DNA from: Bacillota bacterium
Lineage (GTDB): Bacteria > Bacillota > Halanaerobiia > Halanaerobiales > DATFIM01
NCBI GenBank assembly: GCA_051744805.1
Contig: JBNJDK010000001.1
Coordinates: 32,572 to 96,571 of the forward strand
Reading direction: 5' to 3'
DNA length: 64,000 nt
This document shows positions 1 through 8,205 of this stretch, in pieces; positions within the stretch are counted from its first letter, which is position 1, and each line of letters starts with the position of its first letter. Made by a program: the position numbers and the translations under genes. The notes beneath the pieces were generated by a model, which searched no databases, was not told the DNA's origin, and saw only the letters and a list, made by a program, of their open reading frames with translations.

Positions 1-744
1 ACTTGTACTACAGTTAATCTCAGCTTCATCCACACCATAAATATCAAGTAAATCTCTTTGTAATTCCTCATTTAATCCTAATTTACCTATTTCATTTATA
101 AGTTGTTCTTTACTTCCTTTTTTACCTAAATAACCATTAACACGGGCAACTGCTGTAGAGTCTATAAATTCACTTATAGAATAACGCTCTAAATAATAAT
201 TTTTAAATTTTTTATGCTGTTGCAAATAATATTTTTGATGATAAGTTTCCGCAAGAAAAAATTCTTTATATTGATTGATTTCTGTTTTTATTTCTTTTCC
301 TGAATCATTTTCCAGTTCTCTTTTTACCTCAAGTATAGTATTAAATTGTTCTTCATTATGATAAAGAATCATTGAATAATACTGTCTTGAATAAGATTGT
401 CTGTAAGGATTATGATTTTCAAAAAAATACTCTAAAAGTTCTTTATATGATATTAAATTAGGATTATAATCAACTTCTACTACTTCAGTATGATCTCCTA
501 TATTTTGATAAGTTGGACTTTCGCTTACGCCACCGGCGTAACCTACTCGGGTTCTTACTACCCCTTTTAATGCACCAAAGGCAGCATCCGAGCCCCAAAA
601 TCATCCAAGTCCAAAGGTAGCTGTTTCAATTTCATCAACATTTTTCATTTCTTTATCTAATTCTGTTTGATACTCAGCATTTACTGAATCTAAAGGTATC
701 AAAATGAGTAGACTTAAAATTGTAAATACTATTATATAATTCAC
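1..744 (-). CDS. msrA: Peptide-methionine (S)-S-oxide reductase MsrA, predicted selenoprotein (in-frame UGA at the catalytic position); the 3' end runs off the window
   Basis: Hand translation of the minus strand. GTG at 744..742 follows an AGAGGAGGG RBS. The product reads MNYIIVFTILSLLILIPLDSVNAEYQ...ETATFGLG-[TGA 603..601]-FWGSDAAFGALKGVVRTRVGYAGG...GDHTEVVEVDYNP...AETYHQKYYLQ. This is the MsrA GCFWG signature with TGA in place of the Cys codon. The frame stays open to position 1. The gene is missing from the ORF track because the TGA splits it. Confidence 0.8.
570..587 (-). promoter_or_regulatory. Candidate SECIS-like hairpin 13 nt downstream of the msrA UGA
   Basis: The mRNA AUGCUGCCUUUGGUGCAU can pair AUGC/GCAU and GCC/GGU with one bulged U, placing GGU near the apex. 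The spacing from the UGA fits bacterial SECIS expectations. It was found by eye only, and the stem is short. Confidence 0.3.
601..603 (-). other. In-frame UGA, candidate selenocysteine codon of msrA
   Basis: TGA (plus-strand tca) sits between the GLG and FWGSDA codons, exactly where MsrA enzymes carry the catalytic Cys. Neighbouring genes use TGA as an ordinary stop (e.g. 848..850), so this is not a recoded genome. Confidence 0.6.
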
Positions 745-847
745 TTGCAATCCCTCCTCTGTTTCTTATTTGTTTTACTATCTATATACTACTAATAATA
801 GTTATTAATTGCAAGTAAATTGTTAACAAATTTATATAATTATTTAA

Positions 848-1339
848 TCACTCACTACCTTCTCCATGGGCATAGCGGCTAGCTGCTGCTGAAGCAATTC
901 CGGCAACTAAATCATCTAAAAAAGTATTAACTTCTCCATCTTTTTTTGTATCAAGCTCTTTTATTATTCCCATTTTTTCTTTATCTAAATAGCCATAACT
1001 GGTCAATCCAATTGTTCCATACAAATTTACAATTGATAGTGGAATAATCTCATCAATACCATATAAAGCTTCATCTGTATCAATTATACTTTGTAATGGT
1101 TCAGGAAGCTGTTCTTTTTCAGCTAATTCATCCAATGCCACTCCAGTTAAAATTGCATGAGCAACTTCTCTCTTTTTTAAAACTGCATCCACATGCTCAT
1201 AACAAATTTCAAAACTTATATCAGGATCATAAGGTTCCTGTAGTTTCATAACTAAGCTGGCAATATCTTCTATCTTCACTCCTCTTTCATTTAATATTTC
1301 AATAGATTTTTCATATAATTTTTTCATTGAATCTTTCAC
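848..1339 (-). CDS. Phosphatidylglycerophosphatase A-like protein (PgpA/YutG family)
   Basis: 163 aa. It resembles B. subtilis YutG along its length (KREVAHAILTGVALDELAEKEQLPEPLQSIIDTDEALYGIDEI). Confidence 0.7.
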   Translation of the reverse strand: MKDSMKKLYEKSIEILNERGVKIEDIASLVMKLQEPYDPDISFEICYEHVDAVLKKREVAHAILTGVALDELAEKEQLPEPLQSIIDTDEALYGIDEIIPLSIVNLYGTIGLTSYGYLDKEKMGIIKELDTKKDGEVNTFLDDLVAGIASAAASRYAHGEGSE

Positions 1340-1368
1340 GAGATATCACCTCTGTTTTAATTTTATAT

Positions 1369-1605
1369 TTATACTTTCCGCATGAATTTTTTTACCTGTC
1401 TATCCCATTCCCGAGTTGCCAATTCTACCTTTAATTCATCTTCATCTTTAATACATTGAATAAATACATGTCCTCCACCACCCTGAAACAAAGCACAACA
1501 ATCTTCTTTACTGGAGACTTCTAAGCCCCATTCACCATTGAAAAAATCTTTAGCTTTTTCCATTACCTTTTCACAATTATGAGAAGTCTTTGTTTCATAT
1601 AACAT
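1369..1605 (-). CDS. Small Cys-rich hypothetical protein
   Basis: 78-aa ORF with an RBS-like GGGAGGGG upstream. It has no family I recognise and contains HNCE, DCCALFQGGGGH and IQC. Confidence 0.5.
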   Translation of the reverse strand: MLYETKTSHNCEKVMEKAKDFFNGEWGLEVSSKEDCCALFQGGGGHVFIQCIKDEDELKVELATREWDRQVKKFMRKV

Positions 1606-1733
1606 ATATTACCCCTCCCTGCTTTATCTTTTCTTAATATAATAGTACTAATATTTTATATTATTTTCAAGTAAAGTTATTACAAAAATTAATCTGTATT
1701 ACTTTTATTTACTAAACTTTTCCTCTTTTAAAT

Positions 1734-2681
1734 TTATTTAAACATATTCTCCAATTCTTCTAAATTACCTTTAGTATTAAATGAACCCTCTTCAGCCAGT
1801 ACTTTTAAATAATAGATAATTTCATCTGCATAATCCAGACCTGATTTAAAATCAAAAGTAACTCTATTTATAAATTTTTCTACATTTTCAATACTCTGAT
1901 CCATAATATCAAAACTTTCTTCAGCAGATTTTTTAGGATTATTTTTTATTTCTTTAATTGCTTTTTCTATTTCTTCCATAAATAAATCTACAATTTCTGG
2001 ATGCTTATCTGCAAATTCTCCATTAAAGACCAAACCAGCATTTGGTAATTTACCTGCTTCAGGATGAATCTCACTCCATACATCTTTATATGCTATAGAA
2101 ACTACTGCATCTTCAACTTCTTTTAGTGCAAAACTTGCTTCTGGTTCTCTTAGTAGAACAGTATCAATTTCACCTTTAATAAATTTATCCTTTAAATCTT
2201 CCGGTCTTCCAAAAGGTTTAGCAAATACAAAATCAAAGTCTTCAGGATCATATCCTGATTTTTTCATTAAATATTTTGTAACTCCAAATGGAGGCGTACC
2301 CTTTGCTAATGGAACATTTATTTTATGACCTTTTAAATCTCCAAAATCATCTGTTTTATAACCTCTAGTTAGAAGATAAAAATTATCCCAAACATTTATG
2401 GATTTCATTCTTAAATCTATACCATTTAAATATAATTTAGCTGCAGCAACAACTGCTGAGAAAGTTATATCTGCTTTTCCATTCATCAACCAGCTAATAT
2501 GATTTTCAGCTTTATCCCACATTTTTAATTCTTTTATTTCAATTTTATTCATTAATTTTTTTGATTTTAAAAGTTTCATTATTATTGGATAAACTACTGG
2601 AGTAGCAGATTGAATTACTACAGGAACCTTATCTTCATCTTTAATTTCTTCTTCTATTAATGATTCAGCTTTTTTAAGCAT
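1734..2681 (-). CDS. NMT1/THI5-like (NitT/TauT-type) substrate-binding-fold protein without a signal peptide
   Basis: 315 aa with a periplasmic-binding-protein-like pattern (GKADITFSAVVAAAKLYLNG, GHKINVPLAKGTPP). The N-terminus is acidic rather than hydrophobic. ATG at 2681 follows a GGAAGGGG RBS. Confidence 0.55.
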   Translation of the reverse strand: MLKKAESLIEEEIKDEDKVPVVIQSATPVVYPIIMKLLKSKKLMNKIEIKELKMWDKAENHISWLMNGKADITFSAVVAAAKLYLNGIDLRMKSINVWDNFYLLTRGYKTDDFGDLKGHKINVPLAKGTPPFGVTKYLMKKSGYDPEDFDFVFAKPFGRPEDLKDKFIKGEIDTVLLREPEASFALKEVEDAVVSIAYKDVWSEIHPEAGKLPNAGLVFNGEFADKHPEIVDLFMEEIEKAIKEIKNNPKKSAEESFDIMDQSIENVEKFINRVTFDFKSGLDYADEIIYYLKVLAEEGSFNTKGNLEELENMFK

Positions 2682-2702
2682 AAATATTTACCCCTTCCTA
2701 AT

Positions 2703-2717
2703 TGATAATCATTTTCA
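2703..2717. promoter_or_regulatory. Fur-type 7-1-7 box
   Basis: TGATAATCATTTTCA matches TGATAAT-N-ATTATCA at 14 of 15 positions. It lies immediately upstream of the RBS of the 1734..2681 gene. Confidence 0.5.
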
Positions 2718-2732
2718 TTGTTTGTTATTAAC

Positions 2733-2756
2733 TTAGGCCAGCAAATTCTGGCCTAA
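2733..2756. terminator. Stem-loop between the exporter cluster and the SBP-like gene
   Basis: TTAGGCCAG-caaatt-CTGGCCTAA forms a perfect 9-bp stem. The T-run follows on the plus strand only, so its role as a minus-strand terminator is uncertain. Confidence 0.4.
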
Positions 2757-2850
2757 AATTTTTTCCTAATAAATTTTATTTATTTTAATCTTGAGTTAGT
2801 TGCTATGGTTTAATAGTAACACAAAATATACTTTTTTACTGTGAAGTTCA

Positions 2851-3057
2851 TCACACTTTTAAAAGCCCAACATTAAGACCAAATATGTTTATGCCATAAT
2901 TCTTCTTCAAAAAAGAAAGAATTAAGACTCCAACTCCAAATATTATTATCCAGGATTGTAAAGCTTGATTTCTAAATAATATAATATATATAACCAGTGC
3001 TATTATTTCGGTTATAATTCTTAATTTATCTTTATTAATTTTTTTTAAGTTAAACAT
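2851..3057 (-). CDS. Small hydrophobic membrane protein
   Basis: 68 aa with two predicted TM stretches (IITEIIALVIYIILF, WIIIFGVGVLILSFL). No homolog recognised. Confidence 0.4.
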   Translation of the reverse strand: MFNLKKINKDKLRIITEIIALVIYIILFRNQALQSWIIIFGVGVLILSFLKKNYGINIFGLNVGLLKV

Positions 3058-3089
3058 TTACTTCACCTCTCTCTTCTCTAATAAGTTAA

Positions 3090-3117
3090 GAGTAGAAAGC
3101 ACAAAGGCTTCCTACTC
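3090..3117 (-). terminator. Imperfect hairpin after the DUF1302-like gene
   Basis: GAGTAG-A-AAGC ... GCTT-C-CTACTC has one mismatch and a weak U tract. Confidence 0.3.
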
Positions 3118-3128
3118 ATTAAATTTAT

Positions 3129-4373
3129 TTAAAATAAATATTCAGTCTGAAAATAAATTACATCTGACTTAGGACTTTCTCCATCTAAATTTAAATTTGC
3201 TCCACTTTTAAAATTAATACCATCTGAATAATCATAACTAATTGCAGGTTTAGCCATAAGTACTTCATCACTTAGATTATAATGAAAATTAATTTCAGTA
3301 TTTAGTTTTGTTCTTAAAAAATCTTTTTGCACTAAAAATGTCATTTGATTACTATATTCATCTTTTTTGATTTTTTTATTATAATCTAATATAACTTCCT
3401 GCATAAATTGGCTGCTAAAAAGGTATCCTTCATAATTATAATCTACACCAGCCATCCATTTAATTTCATCTTTTTCAACTACTCCTTCAGGATATTCTAT
3501 ATTTGGGTAATTCATCATTTCACTCTGAGCTATTTTAACATTAAAATACTTTCCTGAATTATAAACACCTTCTCCTCTAAATACAAATGGCCCCTGCATT
3601 GTACTTAGGCTACCTCCAACTGATGAAAGACGATGATGTTCGGGCTTTATTTCTTTATTTTGAAAATCTTTGTGAAGGGTTGGAATATCGTCCCAATGAT
3701 AAGCAGCCATAATTTCATAGTCAATATTTTGACCTAAAGACGAATATTTTAAAAATAACTCACTATTTTCAAAGTTGCTTTCTACATCTTTATTACTATT
3801 ATTTTTGGTAAAACCTTCAGGTAAATTATCTGCCAGCAATTTTGGATCCATTTTTGCAGATTTAAATTCAGGAACAAAAATTATCTCTAAGTTATCATTT
3901 TGTGGATAAAAATTTGTTTTTATAGAATTAACACTTTGCATTTGATCTGAAAATTCAACTACTGGATGAACTGTATAATCTCTTGGATTAACTATATTGG
4001 TTACAATTAATCCATCACTTTTCCCCCAGGTTAATTTTTGTTTACCTAACCGCAAATCAAATTCTGAAAAATATATTTCTAAATAACCTTCTTTTATTTC
4101 CATACTTTCTTTTTCCCTATCAAGGTCATATTTAAATGTAGGATTAATGTAGAATTTACCGAAAATATTTTCATAATTTATTTTTTTCTCATATCCAACA
4201 TCATATATCAAAGGAGCTTTAAAAGTATCTTCTTGGTCTAAATCATATACATATCTACTAATCAATGAATTTGAAACATAGGCCGCTTTTGAATTTACAG
4301 CAAAAATAGCTGTAACTAAAATTAAGCTTAAACTTATTGTTATAACTAATGATTTTTTATTTAAAATTTTCAT
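3129..4373 (-). CDS. DUF1302-like outer-membrane beta-barrel protein
   Basis: It has a signal peptide (MKILNKKSLVITISLSLILVTAIFAVNSKA), an LGKQKLTWGKSDG..NIVNPRDY motif and a C-terminal ...TEYLF. The start was moved to ATG 4373 (AGGTGA RBS); the track starts at GTG 4382. Confidence 0.65.
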   Translation of the reverse strand: MKILNKKSLVITISLSLILVTAIFAVNSKAAYVSNSLISRYVYDLDQEDTFKAPLIYDVGYEKKINYENIFGKFYINPTFKYDLDREKESMEIKEGYLEIYFSEFDLRLGKQKLTWGKSDGLIVTNIVNPRDYTVHPVVEFSDQMQSVNSIKTNFYPQNDNLEIIFVPEFKSAKMDPKLLADNLPEGFTKNNSNKDVESNFENSELFLKYSSLGQNIDYEIMAAYHWDDIPTLHKDFQNKEIKPEHHRLSSVGGSLSTMQGPFVFRGEGVYNSGKYFNVKIAQSEMMNYPNIEYPEGVVEKDEIKWMAGVDYNYEGYLFSSQFMQEVILDYNKKIKKDEYSNQMTFLVQKDFLRTKLNTEINFHYNLSDEVLMAKPAISYDYSDGINFKSGANLNLDGESPKSDVIYFQTEYLF

Positions 4374-4399
4374 AAATATCACCTTTCTTCAGTCAATAT

Positions 4400-5188
4400 T
4401 TAAATTCCCATTTTCATCTTTCTCTCGGTAAATACATCTTCTGAGATATCTGTATTATATTTTACTTCATCAAGTTCAAGAACAGTCCTGTGTTCCTTTT
4501 GAATATTATGCATCTCACTTTCTGTAATAGTCATAATTCCATCAATTTCTTTATGATCATTTACTCTTAAAGTTTTTAAATGTTCACCATCTAGATCATA
4601 AAATTCTTTTTTCAAGCCAATCCAATTATCTTTACTGACCCAGATAATAGTCTTAGAATACATATAGTCATCATTTTTAGGAATATTTTCTACAACATAA
4701 CATTCTTCCCCTTCAAAATTTTCAGTTCTTAACAATGTATGAGTATCCTCTTCTAGCTGCCTTTCTCCTAAATCATCATAGGTAAAATCAGATCCCATGA
4801 AATAATCACTTTTATTCTCTGAGGAAATTCTCTTAATTTTTCTTAACGCTGGTAAATATATCCATTGACTGTCTTCTCTTTCATCCTCATAAGTCCAGTT
4901 CATAAAAGATGTTCCTCTAATATCCTGAGGAGCTGTAAAAAACATTATCTTTTTTTCTACTTCCCCAAAATCTCTATTAAATTGTTTTAGTTCTCTCACT
5001 CGTTTATCACCAAATTTATTTATTAAAATCATTTTCATTTCTGCTTCTCTATCTTCTCCCTGTTCTCTTTCATATACTCTTTCCATTATTTCTTTTCCAT
5101 TAAGGTCTTCAGCCAGAGCATTAACCGTCAAACCTGTAACTGCTACCATAATAGTCAAAACAGTAATTAAAATCATATTTCTTTTCAT
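4400..5188 (-). CDS. LolA-like 'outer membrane lipoprotein-sorting' family protein
   Basis: It has a signal peptide (MKRNMILITVLTIMVAVTGLTVNALA) and the motif FMNWTY...WIYLPALRKIKRIS...FMGSDFTYDD. The start was moved to ATG 5188, which follows AGGAGG. This removes the overlap with the RND gene. Confidence 0.7.
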   Translation of the reverse strand: MKRNMILITVLTIMVAVTGLTVNALAEDLNGKEIMERVYEREQGEDREAEMKMILINKFGDKRVRELKQFNRDFGEVEKKIMFFTAPQDIRGTSFMNWTYEDEREDSQWIYLPALRKIKRISSENKSDYFMGSDFTYDDLGERQLEEDTHTLLRTENFEGEECYVVENIPKNDDYMYSKTIIWVSKDNWIGLKKEFYDLDGEHLKTLRVNDHKEIDGIMTITESEMHNIQKEHRTVLELDEVKYNTDISEDVFTERKMKMGI

Positions 5189-5228
5189 TTTAAAAACCTC
5201 CTGTAATTTTAATTTTATACTACTAATT

Positions 5229-7541
5229 TTATTTCTTTGAACTTTTTTCACCAAATATAAACTTCGGTTTATATCTATCAATTAAAGCAACAACTAAAGT
5301 AAGAGTTAAAACAAAACTACTAAATAGTGATAATGATACTAAATAACCTAATTCTCTATTTGGAGGAAAACTGGAGAAAATTAAAACCATAAATCCTGTA
5401 ATCACAACTATTGCATTAAATGCTATAGCTTTGCCAGAATATTTCATAGTCATCCTGGCTGCTTTAGCAGGACTAAGCCCCTGCTTTCCATACTTTTGGT
5501 ATTTTGATAAAAGGTGAATCGAATAGTCTATTCCCATACCTACAGCAATACTTGAAATCAAAGCTGTTGTCGTATTTAAAGCTATATTCAAATAACCCAT
5601 TATACCAAAATTTACAACAGCTGTTATAATAATCGGCAGACTACCTAACACCCCGGCAGAAACACTTTTATATAAAAACCCTAATAGTACTATTACTATT
5701 CCTATAGATAATAAAAGACTTTTGATCTGGCCTTCTAAAATAAGATTGGCAAATACTCTGTTCGTATAGGCAGAACCTGCATAATCAATTTCTAACTCAA
5801 AAAGAGAAGAATTCTTTTGATAATTTTCAATTTTATCCATAACTTTATTTATTAATCTTGCGTCATCATCTTTTAAATTAACCTGTAAGTTTGCCCTCCT
5901 ATAATCATAATCAATTACACTATTTAAATCATCAGGATCTCCTGACATTGAATATAATAAGAGATATTGAGCAGATAATTTTCTAGTCTTAGGAATCCTA
6001 TTATATTTTTCCTGGTCTTCATTCATAACTTTATTTATTCTACGAAGAAAGTTAGTTAAAGCTAAACTGTCACCAACTCCATCCATTTCTTCAAGTTCAT
6101 TTTGTAATTCCCAGATATCATTTAAATACTCTGGATTTTTCATTGCATCATTATTTTCTGATTTAATAACCACATTTAAATTAGTTGTACCACCAAAATG
6201 TTCATTTATAAAGTTATTAGCAACAATAATTTCTTCATCTTTCTGGAATTTACTTAAAAAACTGGAATTAATCCAGAGGCTTTGAGCACCTATTATACCT
6301 AAAACAAACAATAATATAGAAGCAATTATTATTTTCTTTTTATGAAATAATACCCAATCAGCAAATTTATAAAATTTATTACTATTTTCTTCTTTTTCAA
6401 TTTGTCTTTTGTCTTTTTTTCTTAGTTTAGGCAGCCCAATTAGTTTTAGACCGGCTGGTATAAATATTAATGAAAAAATCATTGCAGCTATTACCCCAAA
6501 AGCTGTAAATAAACCAAAATATTTTACTGCATAAACTTCAGAAGTTAATAAAGATATAAAACCAACAGCAGTTGTAATTGAAGTCATAACTACTGGTTTC
6601 CACATGTTTTTAATCATATCATTAATAACCTCAATAATATCAGCTTCTGGATCATCTTTCATTTTTTCTTTAAGATGTGTTAAAAGATGTATTCCATCAG
6701 CCACTCCAAGTGCAATTAACATAACCGGGATCATTGTAGATACAGCATAAATTGGAATTCCCAATGCTGACATCAAACCAAATGCCCAGATAGTACTAAA
6801 TAAAACAACTCCCAGGGTGAGTATAGTACTTTTAAGACTTTTGAATGTAAGGAGCAATACAATTGAAATAATCAAAATAACAAGAGGGATCATTGTTTTC
6901 ATGTCTTCAGGCATTAAGTTAGCCAGAGTACCTTCAACAACTGGTTGACCGGCAATATATAATTTTCCTGGCCCTTCTACTTTATCTAAAGCTTCTTCAA
7001 GCTGTTTATATAGCTCTACTCTATCAGCTCCCCCTTCTACTAATTCAGCCTGAATTAATGTAACTTTGTTATTTTCCGCCACCAATCTACCTGAAACCAT
7101 CTCATTTTCGCTTACCTTTTCTTTTAATTCATTAAGTTCCTTTTCACTGTCAGGAATATCTGTATAAAAAGGATTTACTTCCAGTCCCATATCAGAACCT
7201 TTAATATTATCAGCTGTTGCCAAACTTTTAATTTCATTCCCATTTATTTCATCTAAATTGGCTAATTCTTTCTGTATGTTTTCAATTTGTTTTAAAGTTT
7301 CTTTATTATATATACCATTTCTATTTTCAACTGCTACTACTACTGCATCACTAATACCAAAAAGTTCTTCATAATGATCACTTTTTTCAAAAGCCGGATG
7401 ATTTTCAGGCATATATTCATCTAAATTTGTTTCAATCCGAGCTTTATCATAAATTTGAAAAGTAAAATAACCTGTAATTGCAAGTAAAATCAATAATGTA
7501 ATAATTGGTTTTTTAAGTACAAAATCATTTATTTTTCTCAT
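5229..7541 (-). CDS. RND/MMPL-superfamily exporter (COG1033/HpnN-like)
   Basis: About 770 aa with two blocks of TM helices separated by large soluble domains. Start at ATG 7541 after GGAGGAGG. Confidence 0.85.
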   Translation of the reverse strand: MRKINDFVLKKPIITLLILLAITGYFTFQIYDKARIETNLDEYMPENHPAFEKSDHYEELFGISDAVVVAVENRNGIYNKETLKQIENIQKELANLDEINGNEIKSLATADNIKGSDMGLEVNPFYTDIPDSEKELNELKEKVSENEMVSGRLVAENNKVTLIQAELVEGGADRVELYKQLEEALDKVEGPGKLYIAGQPVVEGTLANLMPEDMKTMIPLVILIISIVLLLTFKSLKSTILTLGVVLFSTIWAFGLMSALGIPIYAVSTMIPVMLIALGVADGIHLLTHLKEKMKDDPEADIIEVINDMIKNMWKPVVMTSITTAVGFISLLTSEVYAVKYFGLFTAFGVIAAMIFSLIFIPAGLKLIGLPKLRKKDKRQIEKEENSNKFYKFADWVLFHKKKIIIASILLFVLGIIGAQSLWINSSFLSKFQKDEEIIVANNFINEHFGGTTNLNVVIKSENNDAMKNPEYLNDIWELQNELEEMDGVGDSLALTNFLRRINKVMNEDQEKYNRIPKTRKLSAQYLLLYSMSGDPDDLNSVIDYDYRRANLQVNLKDDDARLINKVMDKIENYQKNSSLFELEIDYAGSAYTNRVFANLILEGQIKSLLLSIGIVIVLLGFLYKSVSAGVLGSLPIIITAVVNFGIMGYLNIALNTTTALISSIAVGMGIDYSIHLLSKYQKYGKQGLSPAKAARMTMKYSGKAIAFNAIVVITGFMVLIFSSFPPNRELGYLVSLSLFSSFVLTLTLVVALIDRYKPKFIFGEKSSKK

Positions 7542-7560
7542 ACTATCCTCCTCCAAATAT

Positions 7561-7580
7561 ATGAATGAATAATCATTCAT
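7561..7580. promoter_or_regulatory. Palindromic operator copy 1 (ATGAATGA-N4-TCATTCAT)
   Basis: A perfect 8-4-8 inverted repeat between the tetR stop and the RND start. It shares its core with the site at 8187..8204. Confidence 0.6.
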
Positions 7581-7600
7581 TATTGGCCAAAAATTTTTTA

Positions 7601-8170
7601 TTACTTTAATCCATTTCTTAACAATTTAATTAATTCTTCTGGAGCTTTAATAAGCATAGATTTATCTTCTTTTTTAATCGCTTTTTCAACTATTCCCTGT
7701 ATTGACCCAAAGATAATATTTGCACTAATTTCTGGGTCATAATCTTCATTTATCTCTCCTCTTTTTATAGCAGCTTTTATTTCATTTTTCATAATTTCAG
7801 GAATCATAGTTAAATATTCATTTATATAATCAGAACCTTCTTTTTTAGGAAAATCTTTTTCTCTTACTAAAATTTCTCCAACTGCAATATTTTCTTTAAT
7901 TTCATTGAAGTGAAAATCTAAAAATATTTTCAGTTTTTCCCAAAAATCTAAGTCCTGTTGTTTTATTTTGCTTAAATTTTTCATTCTTTTTTCTAACTCA
8001 TACCTGAATATATAATCCAGAATATCTTCTTTGTTTTTAAAATAATTATAAATAGTACCAACAGCTACATTGGCTTCTTCTGCAATTTCCGCTGTTTTAG
8101 TATTATAAAATCCCTTTTTAGACATAACTTTAATAGCAGCTTCTCTTATTAATTCTTTTTTATCTTTCAT
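7601..8170 (-). CDS. TetR/AcrR-family transcriptional regulator
   Basis: 189 aa with an N-terminal TetR HTH (FYNTKTAEIAEEANVAVGTIYNYFKNKEDIL). Confidence 0.9.
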   Translation of the reverse strand: MKDKKELIREAAIKVMSKKGFYNTKTAEIAEEANVAVGTIYNYFKNKEDILDYIFRYELEKRMKNLSKIKQQDLDFWEKLKIFLDFHFNEIKENIAVGEILVREKDFPKKEGSDYINEYLTMIPEIMKNEIKAAIKRGEINEDYDPEISANIIFGSIQGIVEKAIKKEDKSMLIKAPEELIKLLRNGLK

Positions 8171-8186
8171 TATTATTCCTCCCTTC

Positions 8187-8204
8187 TGAATGATTGTTCA
8201 TTCA
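8187..8204. promoter_or_regulatory. Palindromic operator copy 2 (TGAATGA-N4-TCATTCA)
   Basis: A perfect 7-4-7 inverted repeat between the predicted -10 and the RBS of tetR. Confidence 0.6.
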
Positions 8205-8205
8205 T

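Noticed and set aside
601-603. The msrA TGA read as a pseudogenising nonsense mutation or as a genome-wide UGA reassignment.
   Set aside because: The TGA replaces precisely the catalytic Cys codon, and both flanks remain open and conserved in one frame. Neighbouring genes terminate at TGA, so code 4/25-type reassignment is unlikely. Pseudogene status cannot be fully excluded without the Sec machinery or the read data.
820-829. A 10-nt palindrome, TTGTTAACAA, upstream of msrA as a possible operator.
   Set aside because: It is short and AT-rich and contains a simple HpaI-type palindrome. There is no second copy or flanking symmetry, so it is likely a chance occurrence.
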